The notes: generated by a model not told the origin, from the sequence alone. 64,000 nucleotides of DNA from Candidatus Aldehydirespiratoraceae bacterium (GCA_965208435.1 OZ242337.1:960998-1024997), one strand, 5' to 3'. Shown: positions 1-10,127, counted from the first letter of the stretch. Numbers and translations: made by a program.

Positions 1-243
1 ATCTCCAGTGCTTCGGGGGTGTGGCCGACCGCCCCGAGGACTCCCATTCCTCCAGCCCTCGAGACCGCCGCGACCACGTCTCGGCAATGGCTGAACGCAA
101 AGACAGGAAACTCGAGATCAAACATCTCCGTTACGTCGTTGCGCATCAGTGGATCCTCTGTCGGCCTCGTGCAGCGGGAAGCTCGCTCCACCGACGATAC
201 CCGGCAGTCAGCGAGCGTTCACATGCATGAGTACACTGCGCGC

Positions 244-1428
244 ATGAACACACCAGAAGTCGTCATCGTCGATGCCGTCCGCAGCCCGATCGGCAAGCGC
301 AACGGCGAACTGTCCACCATGCACAGCATCAACCTGCTGGGCGACGTTCAAAAGGCGATCTTCGACCGCACCGGCATGGACCCGGCCGAGGTCGGCCAGG
401 TTGTGGGCGGTTGCGTCGGCCAGGTCGGGATGCAGACCATGAACACTGCTCGCAACGCCTGGCTCGCGGCGGAACTTCCCCTGTCCGTCGCCGCCACCAC
501 CGTCGACGCCCAGTGCGGTTCGAGCCAACAGGCAACCAACCTCGCCTACTCGCTGGTGAAGTCGGGAGTCGTCGACGTGGCCTTGAGCTGCGGCATCGAG
601 TTGATGAGCCGGATCAAGATGGGCTCGACCATCCCCGACCCCGACACCACAGGCGTTCCGGTCAACGCCCGCTACTGGAAGAGTTACGAGTGGACCTCGC
701 AGTTCGAAGGCGCCGAACGGATTGCCGACAAGTGGGACCTCACCCGGACCGAAGCCGACGAGTTCGGTCTGCGAAGCCAGCAACTGGCAGCCAGGGCCTG
801 GGACGAAGACGCCTTCGGGTCGCAGATAGTTCCCGTCGAGGTCCCGGTCGTTGGTGAGGACGGCAAACCCACCGGGGAACACAACACTGTGAGCAGAGAC
901 GGCGGCCTGCGCGAGACCACCATCGAGGCACTCGCCAACCTCAAGCCGGTTGCCCGCGACGACGGGATCCACACCGCGGGCTCATCAAGCCAGATCTCAG
1001 ATGGTGCGGGTGCGGTGCTGATGATGACCCGGCACAAGGCCGATGGGCTCGGCCTGAAACCCCTCGCAAAGATAGTCGACACCTGCCTCGTGGGCACCGA
1101 TCCAGTGCTCATGCTGACCGGGCCCATAGATGCCACCCAGAAACTCCTCTCCGACAACAACCTCACCATCGACGACATCGGCCTCGTCGAGATCAACGAG
1201 GCCTTCGCTTCGGTCGTGTTGGCCTGGGAACGCGAACTCTCGCCCGACATGAGCACCGTCAACCCCAACGGCGGAGCCATCGCTCTCGGCCACCCCCTCG
1301 GCGGAACGGGATCGATCCTTATGACCAAGGCGGTGCACGAGATGCAACGCAGCGACGTCGAGTACGGCATCGTCACGATGTGCTGCGGCGGCGGCCTGGG
1401 AACCGGAACCCTGCTGCAGAAGCTCTAG
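244..1428 (+). CDS. Thiolase (acetyl-CoA C-acyl/acetyltransferase family)
   Basis: Thiolase motifs are present: VIVDAVRSPIGKRNG at the N-terminus, active-site Cys context DAQCGSSQQA, and C-terminal NPNGGAIALGHPLGGTG and CCGGGLG. The ORF track starts at 19, but homology begins at MNTPEVV (ATG 244). Confidence 0.9.
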   Translation: MNTPEVVIVDAVRSPIGKRNGELSTMHSINLLGDVQKAIFDRTGMDPAEVGQVVGGCVGQVGMQTMNTARNAWLAAELPLSVAATTVDAQCGSSQQATNLAYSLVKSGVVDVALSCGIELMSRIKMGSTIPDPDTTGVPVNARYWKSYEWTSQFEGAERIADKWDLTRTEADEFGLRSQQLAARAWDEDAFGSQIVPVEVPVVGEDGKPTGEHNTVSRDGGLRETTIEALANLKPVARDDGIHTAGSSSQISDGAGAVLMMTRHKADGLGLKPLAKIVDTCLVGTDPVLMLTGPIDATQKLLSDNNLTIDDIGLVEINEAFASVVLAWERELSPDMSTVNPNGGAIALGHPLGGTGSILMTKAVHEMQRSDVEYGIVTMCCGGGLGTGTLLQKL

Positions 1429-1630
1429 CGGCTGTGCGGTTCTCTACCGCTCGGACCAGAACTGGCCGGCTGCCGAATCTCGTCGCGCGCCACCCCCGTT
1501 CGACTGCTGTCGTCTCCCTCACAAGGACCGCAGCAGTACCCTCAAACAGGTTCGGTCCGCTCAGAACGTGCGCGGATTGAACATTGTGGGTGCGCCGAGG
1601 CCTGTTGTCTCCCGCTCATGTTCGCTGCGC

Positions 1631-2134
1631 TCACGGGCCGCTCGGGCCACGGCCTCGTTCGGTCGCGGCCGTGTGCGGGGTCAATCCGCTCGGCCTCTCG
1701 GCTACCGCTGCAACAACATCGAGGAAACCGTCGATAGTGGCTACCGCAAAGTCCAGGAACGCCAAACCCTCCGGGGATGGTTCAGGGTCGACGACCACCC
1801 CCCAGGAGACGTGGCATTCGTCTCCGTCGTCCCGTAGCACGAACGTGCCGTGATACAAGTCGAGGCCCGTGGGTCCGGTCACCGAATAGGCATGCCGCCA
1901 TGGTGGTTCGAACGACAGCACCGTCTCCACCAACGGCTCGTCGGAACCCAGTAGTTCCTCCTGGCCCGGCAGTTTGAGGTGCAGCACCGCACCCTCGCCG
2001 TGCGGCGGCGGATCACCCTCGACCGCGTAGCCGCCGCAAGCCTGCTCGATCAGGTCGTGCAACACCTTCCAGGCGTGCTCACGCGGCGCCTTGACATGCC
2101 TCTCGAGCGAACGGGACACATGCTTGGCGTTCAC
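1631..2134 (-). CDS. SRPBCC / polyketide-cyclase-like small protein (hypothetical)
   Basis: 167-aa ORF packed tightly against its neighbours. It has a general SRPBCC-like composition and no strong motif. Confidence 0.45.
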   Translation of the reverse strand: MNAKHVSRSLERHVKAPREHAWKVLHDLIEQACGGYAVEGDPPPHGEGAVLHLKLPGQEELLGSDEPLVETVLSFEPPWRHAYSVTGPTGLDLYHGTFVLRDDGDECHVSWGVVVDPEPSPEGLAFLDFAVATIDGFLDVVAAVAERPSGLTPHTAATERGRGPSGP

Positions 2135-2137
2135 AGC

Positions 2138-2893
2138 TCAATACCTCCGAGACGACATGGCATCCACAATCCTGTCACGGAATGCCGGCTTGCAGATGAT
2201 GAGACCCGGCGACCATGGATCTGCCTTGTTGAAACAGAGTTCGCTGCCATCGGTCCGACAAGCGACAAGTCCCGCAGCTTCAGCCACCGCGGCGGGCGCA
2301 CACACATCCCATTCATACAGCCCGCCTCCATGGACGTAAGCGTCGACTTCGCCGCGCACGACAGCCATCGCCTTGACCCCCGCCGACCCGACAGCCAATA
2401 TCTCCGCGCCGAGCGCCCGCTGCAGCACACGTCCGTCCACATGACGGCGTGAGCGGGAGACCAGAACCCGCGGCTGGTCCCCCACCCGTGACATGATCGG
2501 CACCGGTGTCGGTTCGGTTGCCCAGGTCGTGTCCCATCCCGGTACCGCCACGGCCCCCGCGGTCGGTCTGTTCGCTTCGACCAGTGCCATGTGAACCGAC
2601 CAGTGGGCGCTCCATCCAAAATCATTGGAGCCGTCCAGCGGATCGACAATCCAGACCCGGTCAGCGGACAGCCGAGAGCTCAGATCGCGCCCCTCTTCGG
2701 AGAGGACCGCATCATTGGGACGATGCTCGGCCAGTTCTTTGACGATAAATTCATGTGCAGCCCGATCGGCCGCGTACTCGAGCGACGTCCAGCCCCGTTG
2801 TGCACGCGGCGGTTCATCGAGCATCCGCTGGAGAAGCTCACCGGTCTGCGAGGCGACACGGAACGCCAGGGCGTGATCAGAGGAATCAGCCAT
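2138..2893 (-). CDS. Inositol monophosphatase family protein (CysQ/SuhB/HisN-like)
   Basis: Carries the IMPase metal-binding motif WIVDPLDGSNDF and the C-terminal WDVCAPAAV motif. Confidence 0.85.
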   Translation of the reverse strand: MADSSDHALAFRVASQTGELLQRMLDEPPRAQRGWTSLEYAADRAAHEFIVKELAEHRPNDAVLSEEGRDLSSRLSADRVWIVDPLDGSNDFGWSAHWSVHMALVEANRPTAGAVAVPGWDTTWATEPTPVPIMSRVGDQPRVLVSRSRRHVDGRVLQRALGAEILAVGSAGVKAMAVVRGEVDAYVHGGGLYEWDVCAPAAVAEAAGLVACRTDGSELCFNKADPWSPGLIICKPAFRDRIVDAMSSRRY

Positions 2894-2902
2894 TCGACCC
2901 GC

Positions 2903-3742
2903 TCAGATCTCCCAGGGCGCGACGCTGCCGCCCTCGGCGATCTGTTGGGCACGGGTAACGATCTGCTCACCGAACTGCGGGTGCGGAAGGACGTAGAACC
3001 TCTCGTTGACGATCGCTTCGAACACCTTCTGCGCGACCTCGCTGGGCGGCATCCCCGAAGCAACCAGGTCTCGCACCGCCTCGCGCCGCAGCTCGACCTC
3101 CTCGGTCGGCTCCTCCAACGACACCAGGTGTTCAGGGATGTTGCGGTCCGAGTCCGCGATGCGGGTATGCACGAATCCGGGACACAGCACCGAGACCCGC
3201 AGGCTGGTGGTCTCGCGGGTCTCGAGTGAGAGCACCTCGCTCATCGCGACAACGCCGTACTTCGCCACCGTGTAGGCGCCCAGTGACGGTGTGGGAAGCA
3301 GACCGGCCATTGAGGCTGTATTCACTATGGCGCAGGGTTCTCCGTGAGCGACCATTTGAGGACCGAAGGCCTTGATTCCATAGATCACCCCGAGCAGGTC
3401 GACACCGAGCACCCAGTCCCAGACCCCGATGTCGTCCGGTTCGAGGATCGGCCCTCCACCGGCTACTCCAGCGTTGTTGAACAGGATATGGACGTCTCCG
3501 AAGCGTTCATCAGCAGCCGCGGCGAGGGCCTTGACCGAGTCATTGTCGGCAACATCGGTGGGCACGCCCAACACGCTCACTCCGTCGGCTTCGAATCCCG
3601 CCACCGCGGATTCGAGCGCCGAATGCTCGATGTCGGCAATCACCAGGTTCATGCCCGCTTCAGCCAATCGTGAGGCCACCCCGTGACCGATGCCGCTCGC
3701 GCCGCCCGTTATCACCGCTGTCCTTCCGTTGAATTCGCGCAT
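2903..3742 (-). CDS. Short-chain dehydrogenase/reductase (SDR)
   Basis: Has the TGGASGIGHG cofactor loop, NNAG, and the catalytic YTVAK (YxxxK). Confidence 0.9.
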   Translation of the reverse strand: MREFNGRTAVITGGASGIGHGVASRLAEAGMNLVIADIEHSALESAVAGFEADGVSVLGVPTDVADNDSVKALAAAADERFGDVHILFNNAGVAGGGPILEPDDIGVWDWVLGVDLLGVIYGIKAFGPQMVAHGEPCAIVNTASMAGLLPTPSLGAYTVAKYGVVAMSEVLSLETRETTSLRVSVLCPGFVHTRIADSDRNIPEHLVSLEEPTEEVELRREAVRDLVASGMPPSEVAQKVFEAIVNERFYVLPHPQFGEQIVTRAQQIAEGGSVAPWEI

Positions 3743-3806
3743 TGGATGATCCTTGCAGCTAATCCCGCCCGTGCGGAAGTCAGGTCGTTGCAGAACTCCG
3801 CCGGAG

Positions 3807-4403
3807 TCAGCCTGAAGGCGCCTCGAGTCGGTGCAGCGACACCGCGTAGTTCCCGTCGGGGTACTGGTCCTGCTCCCAGGTCGCCCACCGCCGTTGAAGT
3901 CTCAGCCCTGCGGCTGCGGCGTGACGGTCGTAGTCTCCCAGACTGAGCCGCCCCAGTTGAAAACCAGCCAACAGGAGCCCTCCCGGCGCAAGATGACGGG
4001 CCATGTTGGCCAACACCGCCGCCTCGGTGCCCGGTTCCACGAAGATCATCACGTTGCCGGCCATAACGATCAGGTCGAACCGTCGATCCAGATCCAGCAT
4101 GCACAGGTCTTCTTGAAGCCAGCACAACCCGGGCGCCTTTGATTCTGCTTCAGCGAGCATGTGCGCGTCGAGGTCCACCCCGACAACAGGTATTTGACGC
4201 CGGTCGAGCTCGATGGCGACGCGACCCGTGCCGCAACCAGCATCGAGCACCGAAGCCCCCGGCCCGTACCCATATGACTCGAGCAGTGCCGACACCAGGT
4301 CGGCCTCGCCGTGGACGGACTCTCCGGCCGCTTCCATTGCTGCCCATCTGCTGTCGTATTCGGCACCGCTGCGAACGTCGCGACGGTTGCTCCATCTGTT
4401 CAT
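3807..4403 (-). CDS. Class I SAM-dependent methyltransferase
   Basis: Motif I is VLDAGCGTGRVAIEL. The start was chosen at the internal MNRWSN (ATG on the minus strand at 4403). The ORF-track start at 4571 would overlap the divergent peptidase gene. Confidence 0.8.
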   Translation of the reverse strand: MNRWSNRRDVRSGAEYDSRWAAMEAAGESVHGEADLVSALLESYGYGPGASVLDAGCGTGRVAIELDRRQIPVVGVDLDAHMLAEAESKAPGLCWLQEDLCMLDLDRRFDLIVMAGNVMIFVEPGTEAAVLANMARHLAPGGLLLAGFQLGRLSLGDYDRHAAAAGLRLQRRWATWEQDQYPDGNYAVSLHRLEAPSG

Positions 4404-4481
4404 GGTCACCTCTGTGGATCGCCGACGAACGATACAGTCCAGCGTCGCGCACGTCCGCCTCGGGTTCGAACCGAATCGGGG

Positions 4482-6836
4482 ATGAGTGCTAGAATCCAGC
4501 GGGTGAAAAGCGCCCGACAGGACCGCGAGCCCCTTGCTCAGGCTCACTCCCAGGACACCCGGCGTTCGCACCGACTGCTGACAATACTGCTGTTCCTCGG
4601 CGTGGCGTTCACATTGACCTCGGTCCTCACCTTCGCACCTGCGAGCTCAGCCCAGGACTCTCCAACGAACCGGATCGACTGCAGCAACCCCCCTGACGAT
4701 TTTGTGATCTACTGCCTGGCGTTCGAGAAGGTCGTCGACCATTTTGTCGACGGAGTCGTCGTGGCGGACTTGGCAGAGGCCGCAATACAGGGCCTGATCG
4801 TGGCCGACCTCGCTCCCAGAACCACTCATCCGCCTCCCTGCGCAGTACCAGCGCCCGAATTCGAAGCCGTGTGCGCAGAGATCGACAAGATCCAGGACAC
4901 GCGTGCAGCAGCGCTTGTGGCGACAGGCGCGATGCTCGAATCCCTCAACGACACGAACACCCGGTATCTGGTGCCCGTGCAGACGAGAAGGTTCTTCAGC
5001 CTTTTGGAAGCCGGCAACTCCAGGGCCGGAATCGGTATCGAATACGCCCTGTTGGGAGCCGACGGTCAACCGTGTTCCGCGCTCGGCGACACCTGTTTTC
5101 TGACCATCGCGGAGGTGTATCCGGGGAGTCCTGCCGACCTGGGCGGTCTTATGGTCGGAGACGTGATCGTCGAGTACGGGAAGACGGTCGCAGAACACAC
5201 CTGCAGCGAACTGTTGGACCTGGACGACCGGGACTACCTCGGTGAGTCTGCGGCGATCGTGGTGCGGCGCGACGGCCTCGAGATCCACCGCCTCCTGGGC
5301 ACGGCGGAAGTAGTCGATCCTCTGGTGTCGAGTCGAATCGTCGATGACAGCATCGGCTACATCCGGCTTGACGTGTTCGCCACCGGAGCTGCCGAGTTGT
5401 TTGCAGCGCAGCTCAGCGACCTCCTCAGTGCCGGTGTCGAGTCCATCGTGGTGGACCTCCGCGACAACCCCGGCGGCTACCTGAACGTCACCGAGGAGAT
5501 CGTTGATCTGTTCTTGGAGAAGGGCGATCTCAGTCATCGGACACAGTCGACTCGAGAGGACTCCTCCTTCTTTGTGGACTCTGACGGCATCGCCGCCGAC
5601 GCCATTGCGCTCCCGATGGCAGTAGCCGTGGACGGCGGCTCGGCTTCAGGCTCTGAGCTGTTCATCCTGGCCATGCGTGGAAACAACCGGGCAAAGATCG
5701 TCGGCACGGCAACCTACGGAAAGTCCACCGGTCAGTTGACTTTCACCGGCAAGTCTGTCAACGGCACGGTGTTGGGTGCAGTCCACGTGACGAGCCTGAG
5801 GTTCTTCGGACCGGACGGTCTCAGTTCATCAGGCGGGATCCAACCCGACACAGTCTCGGAGATATCGCCGTGTGCACACCCCATCGCTGTTGCACGCGAC
5901 GCGGTCGCGTCGCTCCTTCCGCGCGTCACACTGCTGGCCTTCACCTCCACACCCGCAGCGGATGCCTACAAAAAAGGAGAGAAAGTCACGGTGGCTGTTC
6001 AATTCGATGCTCCGGTCGTTGTCGATACGGAGGGCGGGGAGCCGTCCCTGGACCTTGAGATGGGCAACGACATCCGAACGGCCGCCTACGTTGCCACAAA
6101 GACGGACGAGGGAGTCAGCACAATCGAGTTCGAGTACACGATCAACGACGATGCCGACTACGACGGCATCAGCATCGGGGCCGACTCGATCAACTTGAAC
6201 GGGGCGACGATTCGTCGGGCCGCGGTCGGCTGGGATGCGCACCTCGACCACCCGATGCTCGCTGCCGACCCAGCCCAAGTCGTTGCGGCCGACCCCGAGC
6301 GGTATTTCACCGATATCGCCGAGACGTCGTTTGTCGACGCCATCAACTGGCTTCGACACGCCGGCATCACCACAGGCTGCGGACCAGACACCTACTGCGC
6401 CGACCTGCCCATCACCCGCGGCCAGATGGCCGCCTTCCTGAACCGCGCACTGCAACTGCCCGCCGCGGACCAGGACTATTTCAGCGACGACGACACCTCA
6501 ACCTTCCAAGACGACATCAACCGCCTCCGACACGCCGGCATCACCACAGGCTGCGGACCAGACACCTACTGCGCCGACCTGCCCATCACCCGCGGCCAGA
6601 TGGCCGCCTTCCTGAACCGCGCACTGCAACTGCCCGCCGCGGACCAGGACTATTTCAGCGACGACGACACCTCAACCTTCCAAGACGACATCAACCGCCT
6701 CCGACACGCCGGCATCACCACAGGCTGCGGACCAGACACCTACTGCGCCGACCTGCCCGTCACCCGCGGCCAGATGGCCGCCTTCCTCTACCGAGCCCGA
6801 GACCTCATCGCGGCTGCCCGCCAACAGACTCCGTGA
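4482..6836 (+). CDS. Secreted S41 (C-terminal processing / tail-specific) peptidase with a PDZ domain and three C-terminal SLH-like modules
   Basis: Has an N-terminal TM/signal segment (LLTILLFLGVAFTLTSVLTFAPASSAQ) and a PDZ-like GDVIVEYGK. S41 motifs are VVDLRDNPGGYL, GSASGSELF and TYGKSTGQ. Three repeats of type F.D..T.F.DDIN.L...GITTGCGPDTYC...PITRGQMAAFLNRAL match the S-layer-homology pattern. Confidence 0.85.
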   Translation: MSARIQRVKSARQDREPLAQAHSQDTRRSHRLLTILLFLGVAFTLTSVLTFAPASSAQDSPTNRIDCSNPPDDFVIYCLAFEKVVDHFVDGVVVADLAEAAIQGLIVADLAPRTTHPPPCAVPAPEFEAVCAEIDKIQDTRAAALVATGAMLESLNDTNTRYLVPVQTRRFFSLLEAGNSRAGIGIEYALLGADGQPCSALGDTCFLTIAEVYPGSPADLGGLMVGDVIVEYGKTVAEHTCSELLDLDDRDYLGESAAIVVRRDGLEIHRLLGTAEVVDPLVSSRIVDDSIGYIRLDVFATGAAELFAAQLSDLLSAGVESIVVDLRDNPGGYLNVTEEIVDLFLEKGDLSHRTQSTREDSSFFVDSDGIAADAIALPMAVAVDGGSASGSELFILAMRGNNRAKIVGTATYGKSTGQLTFTGKSVNGTVLGAVHVTSLRFFGPDGLSSSGGIQPDTVSEISPCAHPIAVARDAVASLLPRVTLLAFTSTPAADAYKKGEKVTVAVQFDAPVVVDTEGGEPSLDLEMGNDIRTAAYVATKTDEGVSTIEFEYTINDDADYDGISIGADSINLNGATIRRAAVGWDAHLDHPMLAADPAQVVAADPERYFTDIAETSFVDAINWLRHAGITTGCGPDTYCADLPITRGQMAAFLNRALQLPAADQDYFSDDDTSTFQDDINRLRHAGITTGCGPDTYCADLPITRGQMAAFLNRALQLPAADQDYFSDDDTSTFQDDINRLRHAGITTGCGPDTYCADLPVTRGQMAAFLYRARDLIAAARQQTP
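6354..6790 (+). repeat. 174-bp tandem repeat (2 identical units plus 1 partial) encoding SLH-like modules
   Basis: Units 6354-6527 and 6528-6701 read as identical by eye. The third copy (from 6702) has one substitution (cccatcacc to cccgtcacc) and then diverges near 6790. Confidence 0.9.
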
Positions 6837-6840
6837 ATCC

Positions 6841-6857
6841 GTCGGTGTCCGACTTTT
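6841..6857 (+). terminator. Possible intrinsic terminator after the S41 peptidase gene
   Basis: GTCGG-TGT-CCGAC hairpin followed by TTTTG, 5 nt after the stop codon. The stem is short. Confidence 0.35.
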
Positions 6858-6903
6858 GCCGAAAACTGCCGCGCTCAACGTTTTGCATGATTAGCTCAAA
6901 GTC

Positions 6904-8496
6904 GTGAGTGCATCACGAACGAGCCGATTCCCGACACCGACGACGGGAGATCTGATCGCTGGGATCTCGGTAGCGCTGGTGTTGCTGCCCCAGTCACTGG
7001 CGTACGCGGAGATCGCCGGCGTTCCGCCGCATGTGGGGCTGTTCGCCGCAGCTCTGCCTCCTCTGCTGGCCGCCCCTTTCGTGTCGTCGCCGTACCTCCA
7101 GACAGGTCCGGTCGCTCTGACTGCGCTGCTGACCTTCGGTGCGCTGTCAGGGCTGGAGAGCACGGGCACCGCTTCCTACATCGAGCTTGCTGCGTTGTTG
7201 GCGCTGATCGTGGGAGTCGTCCGCGTCATACTCGGCCTCGCGCGGCTGGGCATCGTCGCCTACCTCATGTCGCAACCGGTGCTGACCGGCTTCACAGCCA
7301 GCGCCGCGATTCTCATCGTGGCCTCGCAGGTTCCTTCAATGTTCGACGTGGACCCCGACGCCGAGGGGGTCCTGGACCGGGCCCTGTGGGTTCTGGCACG
7401 ACCCGACCGCTGGGACGTGACCGCCATTGTGCTGAGCGTGACCACCGTGGCGATGGTGTTGGGCGCACGGCGAGTTCACCGGCTGTTCCCCGGCGTGCTG
7501 CTAGCGGTCGTTGCGACAGTGCTGTGGAGCGAAGCCACCGACTACGACGGGACCGTCGTCGGCGATCTTCCCGGAGGCTTCATCAGCCTGAGCCTCGACC
7601 TTCCCTACAGTCAGGTCCCGTCGCTGACAGTCGCAGGGGTCGTGATCGCACTGGTGGGGTTCGCCGAACCCGCATCCATCGCCCGGACCTTCGCAACCCA
7701 GGATCGCATGCGCTGGTCGGCGAACCGCGAGTTCCTCGGTCAAGGCGTCGCCAACATCGCCTCAGGCATTTCGGGTGGATTCCCCGTGGGCGGATCCTTC
7801 TCCCGCAGTTCGCTGAATCGCTTCGCCGGGGCACAGACGCAGTGGTCGGGCGCGATCACCGGGGCGTTCGTCCTGGCTGCGATCCCGTTGTCGGCCACAC
7901 TGAAGTCCCTGCCGACCGCGGTCCTGGGGGCGATCGTGCTGACCGCGGCCTACCGTCTCGTCGACGTTGGGGCCATGCTCACGATCGCCCGCGGCTCGCG
8001 ACTGCAGGGACTCGTCGTATTCGGCACTTTCGCGGCGACCCTGCTGTTCGCGCCCAACGTCGAACGCGGCGTGATCGCCGGCGTGGCCCTCGCCGTCACA
8101 GTCCATCTCATCCGCGAGCTCCGGGTCGACCACACCCACGAGGTCGACCACGACACCCTGGTGCTGAGGCCCCGCGGGGTTATCTGGTTCGTGACCGCCC
8201 CACATCTCGAAGCACGCTTCATCGCGGCGCGCGCCGAGCATCCCCAACTCCAGAACCTGCACATCGACTTCGCCAACGTGGGGCGTGTCGACTATGGGGG
8301 CGCGGCGACTCTGGCCGAACTCGTCGATGACGCGGTGGACGCGGGTCTGACCGTGGAAATCGTCAATATTGAGCCCCACGCGAAACGTGCTGTGGCTGCG
8401 CATCTCGGTGGTCGTCACGGAGTTCCAACACTCGATGAGTTGGCCGACGACGAGCGACATCAGTGGCGTCTCCGCCGAAAGCCTCCGAGCAACTAA
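6904..8496 (+). CDS. SulP family anion (sulfate) permease with a C-terminal STAS domain
   Basis: Has the SulP signature SLAYAEIAGVPP, many TM segments, and a STAS-like tail (LVLRPRGVIWFVTAPHLEARF). The start is GTG. Confidence 0.9.
   Translation: MSASRTSRFPTPTTGDLIAGISVALVLLPQSLAYAEIAGVPPHVGLFAAALPPLLAAPFVSSPYLQTGPVALTALLTFGALSGLESTGTASYIELAALLALIVGVVRVILGLARLGIVAYLMSQPVLTGFTASAAILIVASQVPSMFDVDPDAEGVLDRALWVLARPDRWDVTAIVLSVTTVAMVLGARRVHRLFPGVLLAVVATVLWSEATDYDGTVVGDLPGGFISLSLDLPYSQVPSLTVAGVVIALVGFAEPASIARTFATQDRMRWSANREFLGQGVANIASGISGGFPVGGSFSRSSLNRFAGAQTQWSGAITGAFVLAAIPLSATLKSLPTAVLGAIVLTAAYRLVDVGAMLTIARGSRLQGLVVFGTFAATLLFAPNVERGVIAGVALAVTVHLIRELRVDHTHEVDHDTLVLRPRGVIWFVTAPHLEARFIAARAEHPQLQNLHIDFANVGRVDYGGAATLAELVDDAVDAGLTVEIVNIEPHAKRAVAAHLGGRHGVPTLDELADDERHQWRLRRKPPSN
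8466..8496. repeat. Direct repeat A, copy 1 (last 31 nt of sulP including the stop)
   Basis: gcgtctccgccgaaagcctccgagcaactaa is identical to 10198-10228. Confidence 0.95.
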
Positions 8497-8627
8497 TCGA
8501 TTATGTAACGGCACCGGCGGGCTGGTGTCTCGCATCTGCGCCGGGCTTGACGAGAAAGTCGAAGCGTTCCGCTGAAATCGAGTCGGCGTTTGACAGGATC
8601 GGCGCTGGCCGCTGAACGCGACGCGGG

Positions 8628-8669
8628 GACCCTCAACCACCCCGCCCCCCACGTTTACGCACAGGCTCG
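8628..8669. repeat. Direct repeat B, copy 1 (42 bp)
   Basis: gaccctcaaccaccccgccccccacgtttacgcAcaggctcg matches 10904-10945 at 41 of 42 positions. Confidence 0.95.
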
Positions 8670-8815
8670 TAATGTGGCAGACATGGAGTCGGCTGGAGTG
8701 GTCACGCACGCAACGGAACCAGCCGCTGCCGCTGCGCCCAGCGACGGGAGGGTGCGTCTCTCGGCGATACGTCATCGTTGCGCGTAGCGGAGATGCTGGA
8801 CTCTCGCTGAGTGTC

Positions 8816-10105
8816 TCAGCGTGATCTGTGTCGGCCGGCATGACCGAGCGACAAGACGCACTTTGCTCGTGCCCGCGGCATCCAAGCATTGCATCGAGGT
8901 TCGCTGGGTTGCTGCGCGGCGGGAGCGTCGTATGTGTGCATCGCCTCCTCGGCTGCGACTCTGTTGACGCTGTCGACAGGGATCACGTCCGCGGTCCGCA
9001 CCCTGCCGTCGCTGTCAGTTGTGATGTATGCGGCGTTCTCCAAGTGTCGCCATGCCCGTGTCAGGGTTTTCGGGTTGAGCGATAGAGACTGTGATATCTG
9101 GCGTGGGGTGGCTTCGCCGCCGAACCCGGCGAGTGCGGTGAGGTACGCTTGTTCGGTTTCGGCGAGCGAGTGCCATGCAGGCAACGCGACCCGTTCGTGC
9201 ATCAAGCGGTCCGCTTCAGTGACAGCTAGAGCGGCTGCGCTGTCGTCGATTGGGTTCGCTGGGGCACCCGCGGCGTCCCATGCGGTGTGTCCTAGTAGTT
9301 GCATTCTGTAGGGAAGTGATCCGACGGAGGCGACTAGTGTGTCCAACGCTGCGTTGTCGAAGGCCCCGCCTGCTTCGGTGACGGTCTCTTTCAGGAACCG
9401 GTGAGCGTTGACGCTGCTCAAGGGCGGCATGTCGCCTCGGTTGCACCTGGCAAAGAAGGTCATCCGTTTGTCTTCGAGCAGTGTGTGTTTCATTTCGGAA
9501 AGCCCCGCCCCCAAGAACGCCAACGGCATGAGTTCGTCTTTGATGATGTGTTGAAGGTCCGCTGCTAGACGCCGGAGTTCGCTGATGTCGCCGCTGTGGA
9601 TTTCGTCGATGACGAGCAGCGCCGCCGTGTCGTTGGCCGCGGCGTGCTCGGCGAGAGTGGTTAGTTGACGGCGAAGCCCCCACTTTCCACGCAGTGTGCG
9701 GGTAGCTTCGCGTTCCCAAGTAAACGGAGGCACTTTCAAAGACGAAGATGTGCGGCTGGTCACATCGCTGTCGTCGTCAGGAAGCGACTCGTGTGTGCTG
9801 CGCGCCCAGTCGATCCGTTCGCTGACTCGTTCATGGACGCCGTCAGTGGTCGCGTCGAGGGACAGCACAATCCAGCCAGACCCTCGGGCTTCGTTCTTGA
9901 GATGGTTCAAAATGACGGTCTTGCCTGAACCACGCGGTCCGAGCAGCAAGGACGTGAAACGCGGATCGCGGGGCCCCACCCCCAATCCCTGCTTCAACGA
10001 TGCGACGAGAGCGTCGCGTCCCACCAGCCGGCTCGGTTGCTGCCCGAAATCAGGCGTAAACGGGTTGGCGGGGAAACCGTCGGCTGAGGTCGGGGGAAGA
10101 AGCAT
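8816..10105 (-). CDS. AAA-type ATPase (ORC/Cdc6- or Arch_ATPase-like) with a C-terminal winged-helix-like region and a Cys/His tail
   Basis: Walker A is LLLGPRGSGKT and Walker B is ALLVIDEIH. The C-terminus has YLTALAGFGGEATPRQISQSL (wHTH-like) and CNAWMPRARAKCVLSLGHAGRH. The start was chosen at MLLPP (10105). Confidence 0.75.
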   Translation of the reverse strand: MLLPPTSADGFPANPFTPDFGQQPSRLVGRDALVASLKQGLGVGPRDPRFTSLLLGPRGSGKTVILNHLKNEARGSGWIVLSLDATTDGVHERVSERIDWARSTHESLPDDDSDVTSRTSSSLKVPPFTWEREATRTLRGKWGLRRQLTTLAEHAAANDTAALLVIDEIHSGDISELRRLAADLQHIIKDELMPLAFLGAGLSEMKHTLLEDKRMTFFARCNRGDMPPLSSVNAHRFLKETVTEAGGAFDNAALDTLVASVGSLPYRMQLLGHTAWDAAGAPANPIDDSAAALAVTEADRLMHERVALPAWHSLAETEQAYLTALAGFGGEATPRQISQSLSLNPKTLTRAWRHLENAAYITTDSDGRVRTADVIPVDSVNRVAAEEAMHTYDAPAAQQPSEPRCNAWMPRARAKCVLSLGHAGRHRSR

Positions 10106-10127
10106 AATCCCAATCCTACCACACAAC

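Noticed and set aside
19-243. N-terminal extensions of track ORFs: thiolase 19-243, and also 24062-24589, 26079-26384, 36612-36722, 42016-42198 and 50415-49867
   Set aside because: Family similarity begins at internal start codons. The extensions overlap neighbouring genes or are low-complexity Arg/Pro-rich read-through.
4404-4481. tRNA suggested by GGTTCGAACC (T-loop-like) in the 78-bp divergent intergenic region
   Set aside because: I could not draw an acceptor stem or cloverleaf. The T-stem pairs only 4 of 5 positions, and the region is more simply a divergent promoter.
7762-8889. 375-aa minus-strand ORF spanning the sulP 3' half and the island edge
   Set aside because: It lies antisense to a motif-supported SulP/STAS gene. 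It is the kind of long spurious ORF expected in high-GC DNA. The same reasoning applies to 208-972(-), 28841-30073(-), 29832-31022(-), 38590-39909(+), 42346-43377(-), 48811-49899(+), 53645-54310(-) and similar track entries.
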